Source: Myxococcota bacterium (GTDB lineage Bacteria > Myxococcota_A > UBA9160 > SZUA-336). Taken from it: a stretch of 64,000 nucleotides of DNA. Position 1 is the first letter of the stretch. Each line of letters begins with the position of its first letter. The stretch lies in assembly GCA_035498015.1 (NCBI GenBank), contig DATKAO010000090.1, positions 4,827 to 68,826 on the forward strand, given 5' to 3'. The notes beneath the pieces were generated by a model that was not told where the DNA came from, made no database searches, and was given only the letters and a program-made list of their open reading frames with translations. Made by a program: the position numbers and the translations under genes. Below are positions 27,866 through 37,562 of this stretch, one piece after another.

Positions 27866-29226
27866 GCGGCGCGGGCGGCCGGCGCCCACTCGGCGCGCCA
27901 GGGCAAGGCTTCCTCGAGCTGGCGAGACACGCGCAGCACGAGCGCGTCGTCGCCGACCCGCCCGATCAGGTGCGCACCCATCGGCCAGCGCCCGGCCATC
28001 CGGCCCATGGGGATGCTCGCGGAGGGCGCGCCGCTGATGTTGCTGGTGGCCGTGTACACGCCGAGCAGCGCGGCGCGCGCGAAGGCTTCGGCCGCGGGCA
28101 GGCCCGCGAACTCGCCCACGCGCGGTGTCTCGATCGGCACGGTCGGCGTGAGACACAGGTCGAACGGCGCCATGCTGTCGAGAATGCGCTTGGCCAGGCC
28201 GTGCTGGATCGACTTCGCCATGGGGCCGGTGACTCCCTTGCCCGCGTCGCGCAGCCAGCGCGGCACCGGCTGCAGGCGCCAGGGCAGCATGGCCGGCGCC
28301 AGGCGCACCTGCCGTTGGTACACGGGCAGGAACTCGTCGACGCTGCCTTCCGGCGCGCGCAGCTCCTCGAGCACGTGACCGAACGACTCGAGCTGCTTCG
28401 CCACACGCCTCACGGCCTCGGCGATCTCGGGGTGGGTGGGCGCGAGCTGCGAGTGGGTGAGCACCCCGATGCGCAGGCCGCGCGGCGCGGGTGACTGGAG
28501 CGCGCGGCGGAACTCGTCCGCGCGCGCGAGCACGTCGAGCAGCGCGGCGGCGTCCTCGACCGAGCGCGCTAGCGGCCCGCACGAGTACAGGATGTCGGGG
28601 TCGCGCAGGCCGTACGCGTTCGCCACGCGGCCGCGCGTGGCCTTGAAGCCGTAGAGCTGGTTCAGCGCGGCGGGGATGCGCACCGAGCCGGCGCCGTCCG
28701 AGCCGTGCGCGACGGGCAGCATGGCCGCCGCGACGGCTGCGCCCGCGCCGCCGCTCGAGCCGCCCGAGGTGCGCTCGGGGTCCCAGGGGTTGCGCGTGGG
28801 CGGATGGATGTCGGGCTCGGTGACCGGCATGGCACCGAGCTCCGAGGTTGCCGTCTTGCCCACGATCACGAAGCCGCCGAGCCGAACCGAGGCCGTGGAG
28901 TGACAGTCGACCGGCGAGGGGATCCACACTGCACGCGAGCCGAAGCGAGACACCGAGCCGCGCACGAAGTTCAGGTCCTTCATGGCCGTGGGCACGCCGT
29001 GGAAGGGCGGCAGCGAGTCTCGGCCGCGTCGCAGCTCGGCGTCCTTGCGCCGCGCCTGGGCCAGCGCGCGCCGCCGGTGCACGCGCACGAACGCCGAGAG
29101 ACTCGGGTTCAGCGCCGCGATGCGCTCGAGATACAGCCGCACCAGCTCGACGGACGAGAGCTCGCCCGCACGGATGCGCGCCGCCTGCTCCAGCGCGGTG
29201 AGCTCGAGTACGGGACTCCACCCCAT
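27862..29226 (-). CDS. Amidase signature family protein
   Basis: GVPTAMKDL, GKTATSELG, GGSSGGAGAAVA and GSDGAGSVRIPA. Confidence 0.95.
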   Translation of the reverse strand: MGWSPVLELTALEQAARIRAGELSSVELVRLYLERIAALNPSLSAFVRVHRRRALAQARRKDAELRRGRDSLPPFHGVPTAMKDLNFVRGSVSRFGSRAVWIPSPVDCHSTASVRLGGFVIVGKTATSELGAMPVTEPDIHPPTRNPWDPERTSGGSSGGAGAAVAAAMLPVAHGSDGAGSVRIPAALNQLYGFKATRGRVANAYGLRDPDILYSCGPLARSVEDAAALLDVLARADEFRRALQSPAPRGLRIGVLTHSQLAPTHPEIAEAVRRVAKQLESFGHVLEELRAPEGSVDEFLPVYQRQVRLAPAMLPWRLQPVPRWLRDAGKGVTGPMAKSIQHGLAKRILDSMAPFDLCLTPTVPIETPRVGEFAGLPAAEAFARAALLGVYTATSNISGAPSASIPMGRMAGRWPMGAHLIGRVGDDALVLRVSRQLEEALPWRAEWAPAARAA

Positions 29227-29243
29227 CGGGTGGAGTCTAGCTC

Positions 29244-29990
29244 CTAGCGGGTCGCCATCGAGCGCGCCGCGGCGCGCACCTCGTTGCGGATCCACTCCGA
29301 GGCGCCCCGGCGCAGCTCTTCGGCGGAGCGGCGGCGCAGGGTCGGTCCGAAGGCGAGCTCGAGCCGGATCTTCGGCCGGCGGAAGGTCTGCAGGAAGTGA
29401 CCCACGAACGGGTCGTCGTCGATCCACGCGTCGCGCCGGTCTTCGTACTCGATCGCGAACGGCACGACCGGAAAGTCGTACTGCTCGGCGAGCTGGAACA
29501 GGCCGGGGTAGAAGGGCAGGACGCCCGGCCCGCGGCAGGTGGTGCCCTCCGGAAAGGCCGCGAAGGCCAGCCCTTTCTGCAGCAGCGCCAGCGCCCCCTC
29601 GCGCGCCTTCTTGCGGCTGTCGCGGTCGTCGCGCGCCACGAACACCGTGGGGTGTAGCGAGGCCGCGCTGCCGAAGATCGGCCAGCTGGCGATCTCGAGC
29701 TTGGCCAGGAAGCCGCAGGGCCGCACGCCCAGCACGGCGAGTATGTCGATGTACGAGCGGTGGTTTCCGAGCAAGAGGTGCGGGCCCGGGGGCGGCGCGC
29801 CGCGCACGCTGATCTCGATGCCCAGCGCGCCGATCAGCCGGCGCGCCCAGGCGTGGCCGTGGCGCGCGGCCTCGTGCGGGCAGCCGCCCGTGCGGGTGTG
29901 GGCGAGCTTGAGCTCGCCGAGCGCGCGGGTGGTGATCGCGGCCATGCGCGCCAGGCGCAGATAGGCACGGACGTCCGAGTTTCTCTTCAT
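29244..29990 (-). CDS. Lysophospholipid/1-acylglycerol-3-phosphate acyltransferase family (PlsC/OlsA-like)
   Basis: NHRSYIDI (HX4D), FLAKLEI, FVAR, FPEGT and FYPGLF; alternative start 30008. Confidence 0.9.
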   Translation of the reverse strand: MKRNSDVRAYLRLARMAAITTRALGELKLAHTRTGGCPHEAARHGHAWARRLIGALGIEISVRGAPPPGPHLLLGNHRSYIDILAVLGVRPCGFLAKLEIASWPIFGSAASLHPTVFVARDDRDSRKKAREGALALLQKGLAFAAFPEGTTCRGPGVLPFYPGLFQLAEQYDFPVVPFAIEYEDRRDAWIDDDPFVGHFLQTFRRPKIRLELAFGPTLRRRSAEELRRGASEWIRNEVRAAARSMATR

Positions 29991-30131
29991 TTCTCGAGTG
30001 TCTCCCATCGCCCCAGACACTCGGCCTTCCGTGTGACGTGTCCGTGACGAACCAGCCACGAACCGGATGCTCGCTGTTTCTTCGCATGGCCGTCCGGAGT
30101 TCGTCACGGAGGTCGCCGAAGTTTCCACTCG

Positions 30132-31058
30132 ATGAGAAGCGACGCATTTCGGTGTGACGCAGATCCGTGTCGCAGCAGGGCACTCGCCGCGGAGGTCGCG
30201 CAGCTCGCGCCGAGCGCGCTCCTGGTAGAGACACAGCGCATGGCCGTGGCGCTGGCCTCCGCGCGCGAGGTCCCGCTGCTCCTGGACGAGATCGGCCGCC
30301 AGCGCGAGCGTTCGTTTCGGGCCGTGGGCGAGGGCACGGGTGCGGAGCTCGACCTCGACCGCTTCGACGGTCACTACGCGCACCTGTTCGTGTGGGACCA
30401 CGGGCGCCAGGCTCTGGCGGGCGCCTACCGCGTCGCGGCCCCGGACGGCTTCGCCGGCCACGAGCTGCCGCGCGGTCTCTACACCCACACGCTGTTCGAC
30501 TACGAGCGCGAGTTCCTGGACCGGCTGGGCCCGAGCCTGGAGCTGGGGCGCGCGTTCGTGACTCCCGAATACCAGCGGTGCTCGCGTGTGCTCGCCCTGC
30601 TCTGGCAGGGGATCGCGCGGGCGCTGCACCTCTACGGCGCGCGGCGCCTGTTCGGCGCCGTCAGCGTGTCCGCGCGCTACACGCGCCGCTCGCGCGGCCT
30701 GATCGCCGCCGCGCTGCTGGCGCACCACCGCCACGCGGAGACCGCCGGTCTGGTGCGCGCGCGCGAGCCGTTTGCGCTCGAGGCCGCGGACTGGTCGGCG
30801 GCTGCGGGTCTCTCGGATCCGCGCGCGCTCTCCGCGCGCGTCGCCGAGCTCGAGCCCGACGGTGCGGGCGTTCCGGTCCTGGTGCGGCGCTATCTCGAGC
30901 TGGGCGGGAAGTTCGCTGCCTGGCACGTCGACCGCGCCTTCGGCGACTCACTCGATGGCCTGATGGTGCTCGACCTCGAGCGCGCGAACGCGGCCCGCGT
31001 GGCGCTCTACAGCGAGAGACGCTCCAGCGCCGCGCGCACGTCCTCGGTGGTCTCGTAG
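30132..31058 (+). CDS. GNAT N-acyltransferase resembling the C-terminal domain of ornithine lipid synthase OlsF (Acetyltransf_5)
   Basis: EIGRQRERSFRAVGEGTG, LDLDRFDGHYAHLFVWD, LELGRAFV, LWQGI and PVLVRRYLELGGK...VDRAFGDSLDGL. Confidence 0.75.
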   Translation: MRSDAFRCDADPCRSRALAAEVAQLAPSALLVETQRMAVALASAREVPLLLDEIGRQRERSFRAVGEGTGAELDLDRFDGHYAHLFVWDHGRQALAGAYRVAAPDGFAGHELPRGLYTHTLFDYEREFLDRLGPSLELGRAFVTPEYQRCSRVLALLWQGIARALHLYGARRLFGAVSVSARYTRRSRGLIAAALLAHHRHAETAGLVRAREPFALEAADWSAAAGLSDPRALSARVAELEPDGAGVPVLVRRYLELGGKFAAWHVDRAFGDSLDGLMVLDLERANAARVALYSERRSSAARTSSVVS

Positions 31059-31462
31059 AAGATCGGGAAGTCGGTCTTCCGCCAGGCGATCTTCCCGTCG
31101 CGCCCGACCAGCACGAGCGCGCGCTTGGTCATGCCGAACAGACCGCGCGCGCCGTAGGCGCGGGTCACCGCGCCACCCGCGTCCGCGGCCACGGGGAAGG
31201 GCAGGCGGTGCTTCTCGGCGAACTTGCCGTGCGACGCTTCGCTCTGCGGGTTCAGCGCCACGACCTGGATCCCGAGCTTCTGGAACACGCCCAGGTTGTC
31301 GCGGTAGTCGCACAGCTGTTTCGTGCACACGGGTGTGTCGTCACCGGGATAGAAGACCAGCAGCACGGGGCCCTTGGACAGGAGGGCCGAGAGCTGCACG
31401 GGCCCGCGATTCGAGGCCAGCTCGAAATCCGGTGCGCGATCGCCGACTTCGGGTGTAGTCAT
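31007..31462 (-). CDS. bcp: Peroxiredoxin (BCP/PrxQ)
   Basis: FYPGDDTPVCTKQLC peroxidatic motif. Confidence 0.9.
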   Translation of the reverse strand: MTTPEVGDRAPDFELASNRGPVQLSALLSKGPVLLVFYPGDDTPVCTKQLCDYRDNLGVFQKLGIQVVALNPQSEASHGKFAEKHRLPFPVAADAGGAVTRAYGARGLFGMTKRALVLVGRDGKIAWRKTDFPIFYETTEDVRAALERLSL

Positions 31463-31615
31463 GCCCGGCACCCTATCACGCCCGGCGGGCGGGAGGCCAA
31501 GCGCGCCCGCGGGGCGGCTCGACGCGTTGAGTCACGACGTGACACATGGCCGGGATCGAATGACCAGGGTCCGTCCGGCGTCTCATCGCCGACTCACGAT
31601 CCACTGTTCGAGGGG

Positions 31616-32539
31616 GTGTCACTCCTGACCCACGTTCGCCGCAGTGTGTGCGCCTTCGCTTTCGCGCTCGTGACCCTGTCTTTCGCCTCGCCCGCCCGTG
31701 CCGACGTCGATTGGTGGCCGCTGCTCGAGCTGTCCGACCGCACGACCACGGTCATGTACCCGTTCTACGTGCACGAGGGTGACTTCATGATGGTCTTCCC
31801 CGTGTACTACCGCACCGACGACGGGCACGAGCACCACGTGCTGTGGCCGATCTTCAAGGAGCGCGACGGGCGAATCACTCGCGTGGCGCCGTTCTGGTTC
31901 TCGACCGACGCCGATACGTTCTGGATCTTCCCGCTCGCGTACCACGACGCGAGGTCGACGGCCTTGCTGGTGCCGCCGTCCTACTTCCGGGGCGACGAGC
32001 TGCAGCTCATGCTGCCGCTGTTCGTGCACTCGAAGTCGGCCAGCGACGACTGGCTGGTGGTCGGCCCGCGGCTGTTCGGCTGGCACGACACGGCGCGGCA
32101 GAACCACTACTTCGCGGGCTTGATCGGTGACTGGACCACGCGCCCCAACGGCGCCTGGCAGGGCTCGCTCTTCCCCATGCTGTTCGCCTGGGGTGGCTCG
32201 CCCGAGCGCGGGCTGGTCGTGCCGCCGCTCTTGTGGAGTCAGCACACCGCCGACTCGTCCAGCTTGTGGCTCGCGGGCTACCTGCGCGCGCACTCACCGA
32301 CCCGGGACGCCTGGGCCATGTACCCGTTCTTCGCGACCCGGCGCGAGACTGCCCGCAACGGTGACGTGACGCGCCGGCTCTCGATCCTGTGGCCGGTCTA
32401 CAAGCGCAAGGAGACGACCGACGCGGCGGGAGACATGACCTTCCGCCACCGCCGCTTCCTCGCGTTCGCGGACGACACCACGCCCGCGAAACGGCAGCTG
32501 TCGCTGTTCGGCTTCGTGGTGCGTGAGTCGACGAACTAG
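31616..32539 (+). CDS. Hypothetical exported protein with repeated aromatic-Pro motifs
   Basis: Signal peptide ending SPARA-D; about 13 hydrophobic-x-P-hydrophobic-aromatic motifs (WWPLL, MYPFY, VFPVY, LWPIF...); start uncertain. Confidence 0.65.
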   Translation: MSLLTHVRRSVCAFAFALVTLSFASPARADVDWWPLLELSDRTTTVMYPFYVHEGDFMMVFPVYYRTDDGHEHHVLWPIFKERDGRITRVAPFWFSTDADTFWIFPLAYHDARSTALLVPPSYFRGDELQLMLPLFVHSKSASDDWLVVGPRLFGWHDTARQNHYFAGLIGDWTTRPNGAWQGSLFPMLFAWGGSPERGLVVPPLLWSQHTADSSSLWLAGYLRAHSPTRDAWAMYPFFATRRETARNGDVTRRLSILWPVYKRKETTDAAGDMTFRHRRFLAFADDTTPAKRQLSLFGFVVRESTN

Positions 32540-32545
32540 GCCGGA

Positions 32546-33847
32546 CTAGAGTCTCTCGATGATGGTCGAGATGCCCATGCCCGCGCCGATGCACTGCGTC
32601 GCCAGGCCGTAGCGGCCGCCGCTGCGGCGCAGCTCGCGCGCGACCGTGGTGACCAGGCGTGCGCCGGTGGCTCCCAGCGGGTGACCGATGGCGATCGAGC
32701 CGCCGTTCACGTTCGCGCGCTCGGCGGGGATGCCCAGGTCGCGCAGCGACGGAATCACTTGTGCGGCGAAGGCCTCGTTGAACTCGACCCGGTCGATCTG
32801 GTCGGCGCCGATGCCCGCGTGGCGCAGCGCCCTCTTCGTGGACGGGATCGGCCCGAGGCCCATGACCTGCGGCTTCACGCCCGCGACGCCCACGCCGACG
32901 ATGCGCGCCAGTGGCTCGAGCCGCAGCTCGCGCGCCTTGTCCTCGCTCATCAGCAGGGCCACGGAGATGCCGTCGTTGGTGGGGCAGGAGTTGCCCGCCG
33001 TGATCACGATCTCCTGCTTGCCGTAGCTCACGATGCCCTTCACCGGGTTCAGGCCGGCGAGCTTCTCGGCCGTGGTGTCGGGCCGGAGACACTCGTCCTT
33101 GTCGAACAGCACGGTCTTGCCGGTCTCGGCCTCGACCCAGTTGCCCTCGGCGTCGAACACGGGCTCCTCGACCTCGAGCGGCACGAGCTCATCCTTGTAG
33201 AAACCGGCCTCGTAGGCGCGTGCGCACTTGCGGTGACTCTCGGCCGAGAAGGCGTCGAGCTCGGCGCGCGACAGGCCGTAGCACTCGGCCACGTTCTGCG
33301 CGGTCTGGGTCATGGACTGCAGCGGCGGCGAATCGAGGATGAAGTCGGGGAACTTCACCGAGAAGGTCTGGTCGTGGTCCGGCGCCATGTTGCGCTGCTC
33401 GGGAGTGAGCTGGAACAGGCGCGGGTTGAGCTTGGTGACCCGGGTCGGCGTAGCGCGCGGTCCGCCGCCCATGAGCTGCCGGCCCATGCGCTCGATGCCC
33501 AGCGCCAGCCCGCAGTCGGTCGCACCCACCATGATCGAGGTGGCGACCCGGTGGAGTGTCTCCATGCTCGAGCCGCACTGCCGGTTGGTGACGAAGTTGC
33601 AAGCTTCCATCGGCAGCCCGGCGAGCCGCGCCACGCTGCCCAGGCCCACGAACTCACCGGAGCCGGCCACGTTGCCCAGGCCGATGTCCTCGATCATGCG
33701 CGGCTTCACCTTGGGGTTGCGCGCCAGGAGCGCGCGCACCACCTGAGCCCCGGCCTCGTCGAGCCGCGTCGCGACCAGCTTTCCGCGGCCTCCGCGCGCG
33801 AAGGGTGAGCGTGCTCCGTCGACCAGGACCACCTTGCGAAGCTCCAT
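32546..33847 (-). CDS. Thiolase (acetyl-CoA C-acyltransferase)
   Basis: VTNRQCGSSME, TAGNSCPTNDG, NEAFA, GHPLGATG and TQCIGAGMG. Confidence 0.95.
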   Translation of the reverse strand: MELRKVVLVDGARSPFARGGRGKLVATRLDEAGAQVVRALLARNPKVKPRMIEDIGLGNVAGSGEFVGLGSVARLAGLPMEACNFVTNRQCGSSMETLHRVATSIMVGATDCGLALGIERMGRQLMGGGPRATPTRVTKLNPRLFQLTPEQRNMAPDHDQTFSVKFPDFILDSPPLQSMTQTAQNVAECYGLSRAELDAFSAESHRKCARAYEAGFYKDELVPLEVEEPVFDAEGNWVEAETGKTVLFDKDECLRPDTTAEKLAGLNPVKGIVSYGKQEIVITAGNSCPTNDGISVALLMSEDKARELRLEPLARIVGVGVAGVKPQVMGLGPIPSTKRALRHAGIGADQIDRVEFNEAFAAQVIPSLRDLGIPAERANVNGGSIAIGHPLGATGARLVTTVARELRRSGGRYGLATQCIGAGMGISTIIERL

Positions 33848-33919
33848 GAACGTCTCCTCGGTTTCTCGGGTGTCTGCGCGCGCCTTTGTACCACGGCAGC
33901 GTAGATTGGTGGCGTTGTG

Positions 33920-35386
33920 ATGCCCGATCCCGAGCCGCCGGGTCATGCGGCCGAGGCACGCGTCGCCGCGCTGTTCCTGCGCGCGCTGGGGCTCGTCTAC
34001 GCCAGCGCATTCCTGTCGCTGCGCGCTCAGCTCGACGCGCTGATCGGCTCACAGGGCATCGTGCCCGCGTCGGAGCTCCTGGGCTACGCGCGCGAAGAGC
34101 TGGGCGGAGGGCTGCATGCCGCGCTCGAGCTGCCGACGCTCCTGTGGCTGACCGGCGCGAGTGACTGGGCGCTGCACGCGCTGTGTGGGATCGGCGCGGC
34201 GGCGGCGGCCTTGCTCGTCGCCGGACGTTTCTCGCTCGCGGCTGCCGGCGTCGCCTGGCTCGCGTATCTCTCGCTCGCGGCGGTCGGCGATCCGTTCCTG
34301 AGCTTCCAGTGGGACGCGCTCCTGCTCGAGGCCGGCTTCGTCGCGCTGTTCGCGGCTTCGGCCGAGCCGCGGCTGGGCGTGTGGCTCGCGCGACTCTTGC
34401 TGTTCAAGCTGATGTTCCTGTCGGGCGCGGTGAAGCTCCTGTCGGGCGACCCGACCTGGCGAGACCTCACGGCGCTCACCTATCACTACTGGACCCAGCC
34501 TCTGCCCGCGCCCACCAGCATGCTGGCCGCGTCGCTGCCCGTGGGCTTCCAGAAGCTCTCGACCGCACTCACGCTCGCGATCGAGCTCGGGGCGCCCTGG
34601 GGCATGCTCGGCCCGCGGCGCGTGCGGCTCGGCGCCGCGGCGCTGCTCGCCGCGCTGCAGCTCGGGATCGCGGCGACCGGGAACTACGGCTTCTTCAACC
34701 TGTTGACCCTGGCGCTGTGCGGATGTCTCCTGGACGACCGGGCGCTGCGGCGCTTCGGGACGCCGCGCGCCGCACGGCAGTCACCCCGCGCGCTCGCCGT
34801 CGCGCGCCGGGCCGCGGCGGCCGCGCTCGCGCTGCTGTCCGTCGCCGCGGCCGCGCAGCGACTCACGCCGCGCGGGTCGCTGCCCGGTCCGCTGCGCGCC
34901 GTGCTGGGGGCGCTGGCGCCGTTCCGCAGCGTGAACTCCTACGGCCTGTTCGCGGTCATGACCACGGAGCGGCCGGAGATTTTGCTCGAGGGCAGCGCCG
35001 ACGGCGTCACCTGGCATGACTACGAGTTCCGCTGGAAGCCCGGCGACCCGGAGCGCAGAGCGAGCTTCACCGGCCCGCACATGCCGCGCGTCGACTGGCA
35101 GATGTGGTTCGCCGCGCTGGGCCGCTGCCCCGACGAGACCTGGTTCCACCGCTTCCTCGAGCGCGTGCTCGAGGGCTCCCAGCCGGTGACTGCGGTCTTC
35201 GCACGTGACCCGTTCCCCGAGGGGCCCCCGCGCTATCTCCGTACCAGCCTGTGGCAGTACCGGCCGGCACAGGGCGAAGAGCGCCGTTCTGGCGCCTGGT
35301 GGTCACGCGAGCGCGTGGGCCCGTACTGCCCGGTAGTCACTCTGAGCGCCGGGAAGCTGGCTCTGCCCGACGATCTCCCGCAGTGA
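33920..35386 (+). CDS. Lipase maturation factor (LMF1) family protein
   Basis: FQWDALLLEAG, FKLMFLSGAVK, YWTQPLP, GNYGFFN, VNSYGLF and PHMPRVDWQMWFAA. Confidence 0.9.
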   Translation: MPDPEPPGHAAEARVAALFLRALGLVYASAFLSLRAQLDALIGSQGIVPASELLGYAREELGGGLHAALELPTLLWLTGASDWALHALCGIGAAAAALLVAGRFSLAAAGVAWLAYLSLAAVGDPFLSFQWDALLLEAGFVALFAASAEPRLGVWLARLLLFKLMFLSGAVKLLSGDPTWRDLTALTYHYWTQPLPAPTSMLAASLPVGFQKLSTALTLAIELGAPWGMLGPRRVRLGAAALLAALQLGIAATGNYGFFNLLTLALCGCLLDDRALRRFGTPRAARQSPRALAVARRAAAAALALLSVAAAAQRLTPRGSLPGPLRAVLGALAPFRSVNSYGLFAVMTTERPEILLEGSADGVTWHDYEFRWKPGDPERRASFTGPHMPRVDWQMWFAALGRCPDETWFHRFLERVLEGSQPVTAVFARDPFPEGPPRYLRTSLWQYRPAQGEERRSGAWWSRERVGPYCPVVTLSAGKLALPDDLPQ

Positions 35387-35511
35387 GTGCCGTGGCCGGG
35401 CCGGGAGAGTTGCCGGCTCACGGACCGGCAACTCCGGGTGAGCTCCGGGGGCGAGAGACTTCAAGGCTGTCCGGCTCGTGACCGATCGAAATACCGAAGG
35501 AAACCGCCGGC

Positions 35512-36129
35512 ATGCCGACCCTCCCTTCGATCAAGGGCTCCGTGTTCTGCGCAGCCGTGGAGGACATCCACAAGCTCCTCGCGGCGCACAAGCTCGAGCG
35601 GTCCGAGCTGTCGCGCTGGCTGAAGCCCAAGGATTTGACCTACCTCGAGTCCCCCATCCAGCCCTTCGAGTGGTACGACATCCGCAGCTACGCGCGCATG
35701 GGCGAGCTGCTGCGCGACGTGGAGGGCGGCGGCAGCAACGAGTATCTCAAGCGGCGCGGCGCGAAGAACGCGCGGCGCTTGCTCGAAGCCGGGCTGTACA
35801 GTCAGCTCGAGTACACCAGGTCGACCTCGTTCGGCCGTGAGAGCGACAAGAAGGCCCGCGCCGAGGCCTTCGGCCGTGACCTGCGGCGGCTCATCACCCT
35901 GACTTCGAGCATCCTGAATTTCTCGCGCATCGAGGTGAAGCCGGACCCGGAGCACCCGCTGCGCTGGATGATGGAGACCCTGCAGGCCAAGGAGTATCCC
36001 GAAGTCCTGTGCTGGTCGACCGAGGGCCTGATCAACGAGATGGCCCGCCAGCACGCGACTCCCGACCTGTGGACCTGGACCCGACCCGAGCCGGACCGGA
36101 TCGTGTGGCGCATGACGCGCGACATTTGA
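35512..36129 (+). CDS. Uncharacterised protein, paralog of 15065..15685 (possible HNOB/V4R-like or DUF2378-like)
   Basis: Colinear similarity to 15065..15685; stop overlaps the next gene's TTG. Confidence 0.75.
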   Translation: MPTLPSIKGSVFCAAVEDIHKLLAAHKLERSELSRWLKPKDLTYLESPIQPFEWYDIRSYARMGELLRDVEGGGSNEYLKRRGAKNARRLLEAGLYSQLEYTRSTSFGRESDKKARAEAFGRDLRRLITLTSSILNFSRIEVKPDPEHPLRWMMETLQAKEYPEVLCWSTEGLINEMARQHATPDLWTWTRPEPDRIVWRMTRDI

Positions 36130-37562
36130 CCCCCGAGCCCGCGAGCGCGGCGGAGCGCATACCGAGTGAGTCTCGGCTGGGGCCGCGGCTCGCGCGGCTG
36201 TGGCTGCGCGTGGCGAACGCCTTCATCCCGCGCGCCCAGCGCCTCGACCCCGACATCTACCGGCGCGCGCGCACCGCGGTCTACTCGTGTCTCGTCCCGT
36301 TCCCGATGACTCTCGCGTTCGCCTGGAGCTATTGGTGCACGCTGTCGGGCACGACCGGCGCCCTGGCGGCGGCGATCGTGCTGGGCACGAACGCAGCGGC
36401 CGGCGCGGCGCTCTTGACCCTGCGCCGCACCGGCAACGTGGCGCTGGCCGCGAACTTCCTGCTCGGCTACGCGTTCCTCGAGTTCGCGGCGCTGGCCATG
36501 TTGTTCGGCGGACCGTTCTCGTCTTCGATCTACTGGTCGATCATCCTGCCGCTGGTGGCCATGCTGACCGGCGGGCCGAAGCTGGCCGGTCCCTGGCTCA
36601 TGCTGTGTCTGCTCGAGTACGCGGCGGTGTTCGGCCTGCAGCTCCACGGCATCGAGTTCCCGAACCGTCTGCCGGTCGCCCGGCGCATGCCGCTGTGGGT
36701 GAGCAGCATCTCGAGCATCAGCCTCTTGTGTCTCGTGTTCGTGCTGATCTACGAGCGCGCCAAGAACGAGACGCTGCGCACGCTTCTGGGCGCGCACTCC
36801 GCGCTCGAGCGCGCGCGCGACTCGGCCGAGGCCGCCAACCGCAGCAAGAGCGACTTTCTCGCGAACGTGAGCCACGAGATCCGCACCCCGCTGACGGCCA
36901 TTCTGGGCTACGCCGAGCTCTTGCTGCGCGAGAGTGACTCGGGCGCCATACCAGCGGGCTACGCGGGCACGCTGCTCACCATCCGCCGCAACGGCGAGCA
37001 CCTGCTCGAGATCATCAACGACATCCTCGACTTCTCGAAGATCGCCGCCGGCACCTTCGACGTGGAGCGCGTGCCGGTCGGCCCGGTGGCGCTGGTCTCC
37101 GACGTGGTCGCGCTGATGAGCATCCGCGCCGAGGCCAAACACCTGTCGCTCGCGGTCGAGTGCGAGCCGCCGCTGCCCGAGAAGTTCGAGACCGATCCCC
37201 GCCGCCTGCGCCAGGTGCTCGTGAACCTGATCGGAAACGCGCTCAAGTTCACCGACCGCGGGCGCGTGCTGCTGCGAGTCACGGGTCACACGGGGACCCG
37301 GGGCCCGCGCGTGCGCTTCGAGATCTCGGACACGGGCATCGGCATCTCCGAAGAGCAGATGGCCCGGCTGTTCCAGCCCTTCGCGCAGGCCGACGCCTCG
37401 ACCGCGCGGCGCTACGGAGGCACCGGGCTGGGTCTCTCGATTTGCAAGCACCTGGTAGAGCTGCTCGAGGGCGAGATCGGCGCCCAGAGCCGGCCGGGCG
37501 AGGGCAGCACGTTCTGGGTCGAGCTCCCGGCCGAGCCCGTCGAGGTGACTCGCGGTGCTTGA
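36126..37562 (+). CDS. Membrane sensor histidine kinase (no receiver domain)
   Basis: Multi-TM N-terminus; [12 protein letters not shown]-box, [15 protein letters not shown] and GGTGLGL. Confidence 0.9.
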   Translation: MTPEPASAAERIPSESRLGPRLARLWLRVANAFIPRAQRLDPDIYRRARTAVYSCLVPFPMTLAFAWSYWCTLSGTTGALAAAIVLGTNAAAGAALLTLRRTGNVALAANFLLGYAFLEFAALAMLFGGPFSSSIYWSIILPLVAMLTGGPKLAGPWLMLCLLEYAAVFGLQLHGIEFPNRLPVARRMPLWVSSISSISLLCLVFVLIYERAKNETLRTLLGAHSALERARDSAEAANRSKSDFLANVSHEIRTPLTAILGYAELLLRESDSGAIPAGYAGTLLTIRRNGEHLLEIINDILDFSKIAAGTFDVERVPVGPVALVSDVVALMSIRAEAKHLSLAVECEPPLPEKFETDPRRLRQVLVNLIGNALKFTDRGRVLLRVTGHTGTRGPRVRFEISDTGIGISEEQMARLFQPFAQADASTARRYGGTGLGLSICKHLVELLEGEIGAQSRPGEGSTFWVELPAEPVEVTRGA

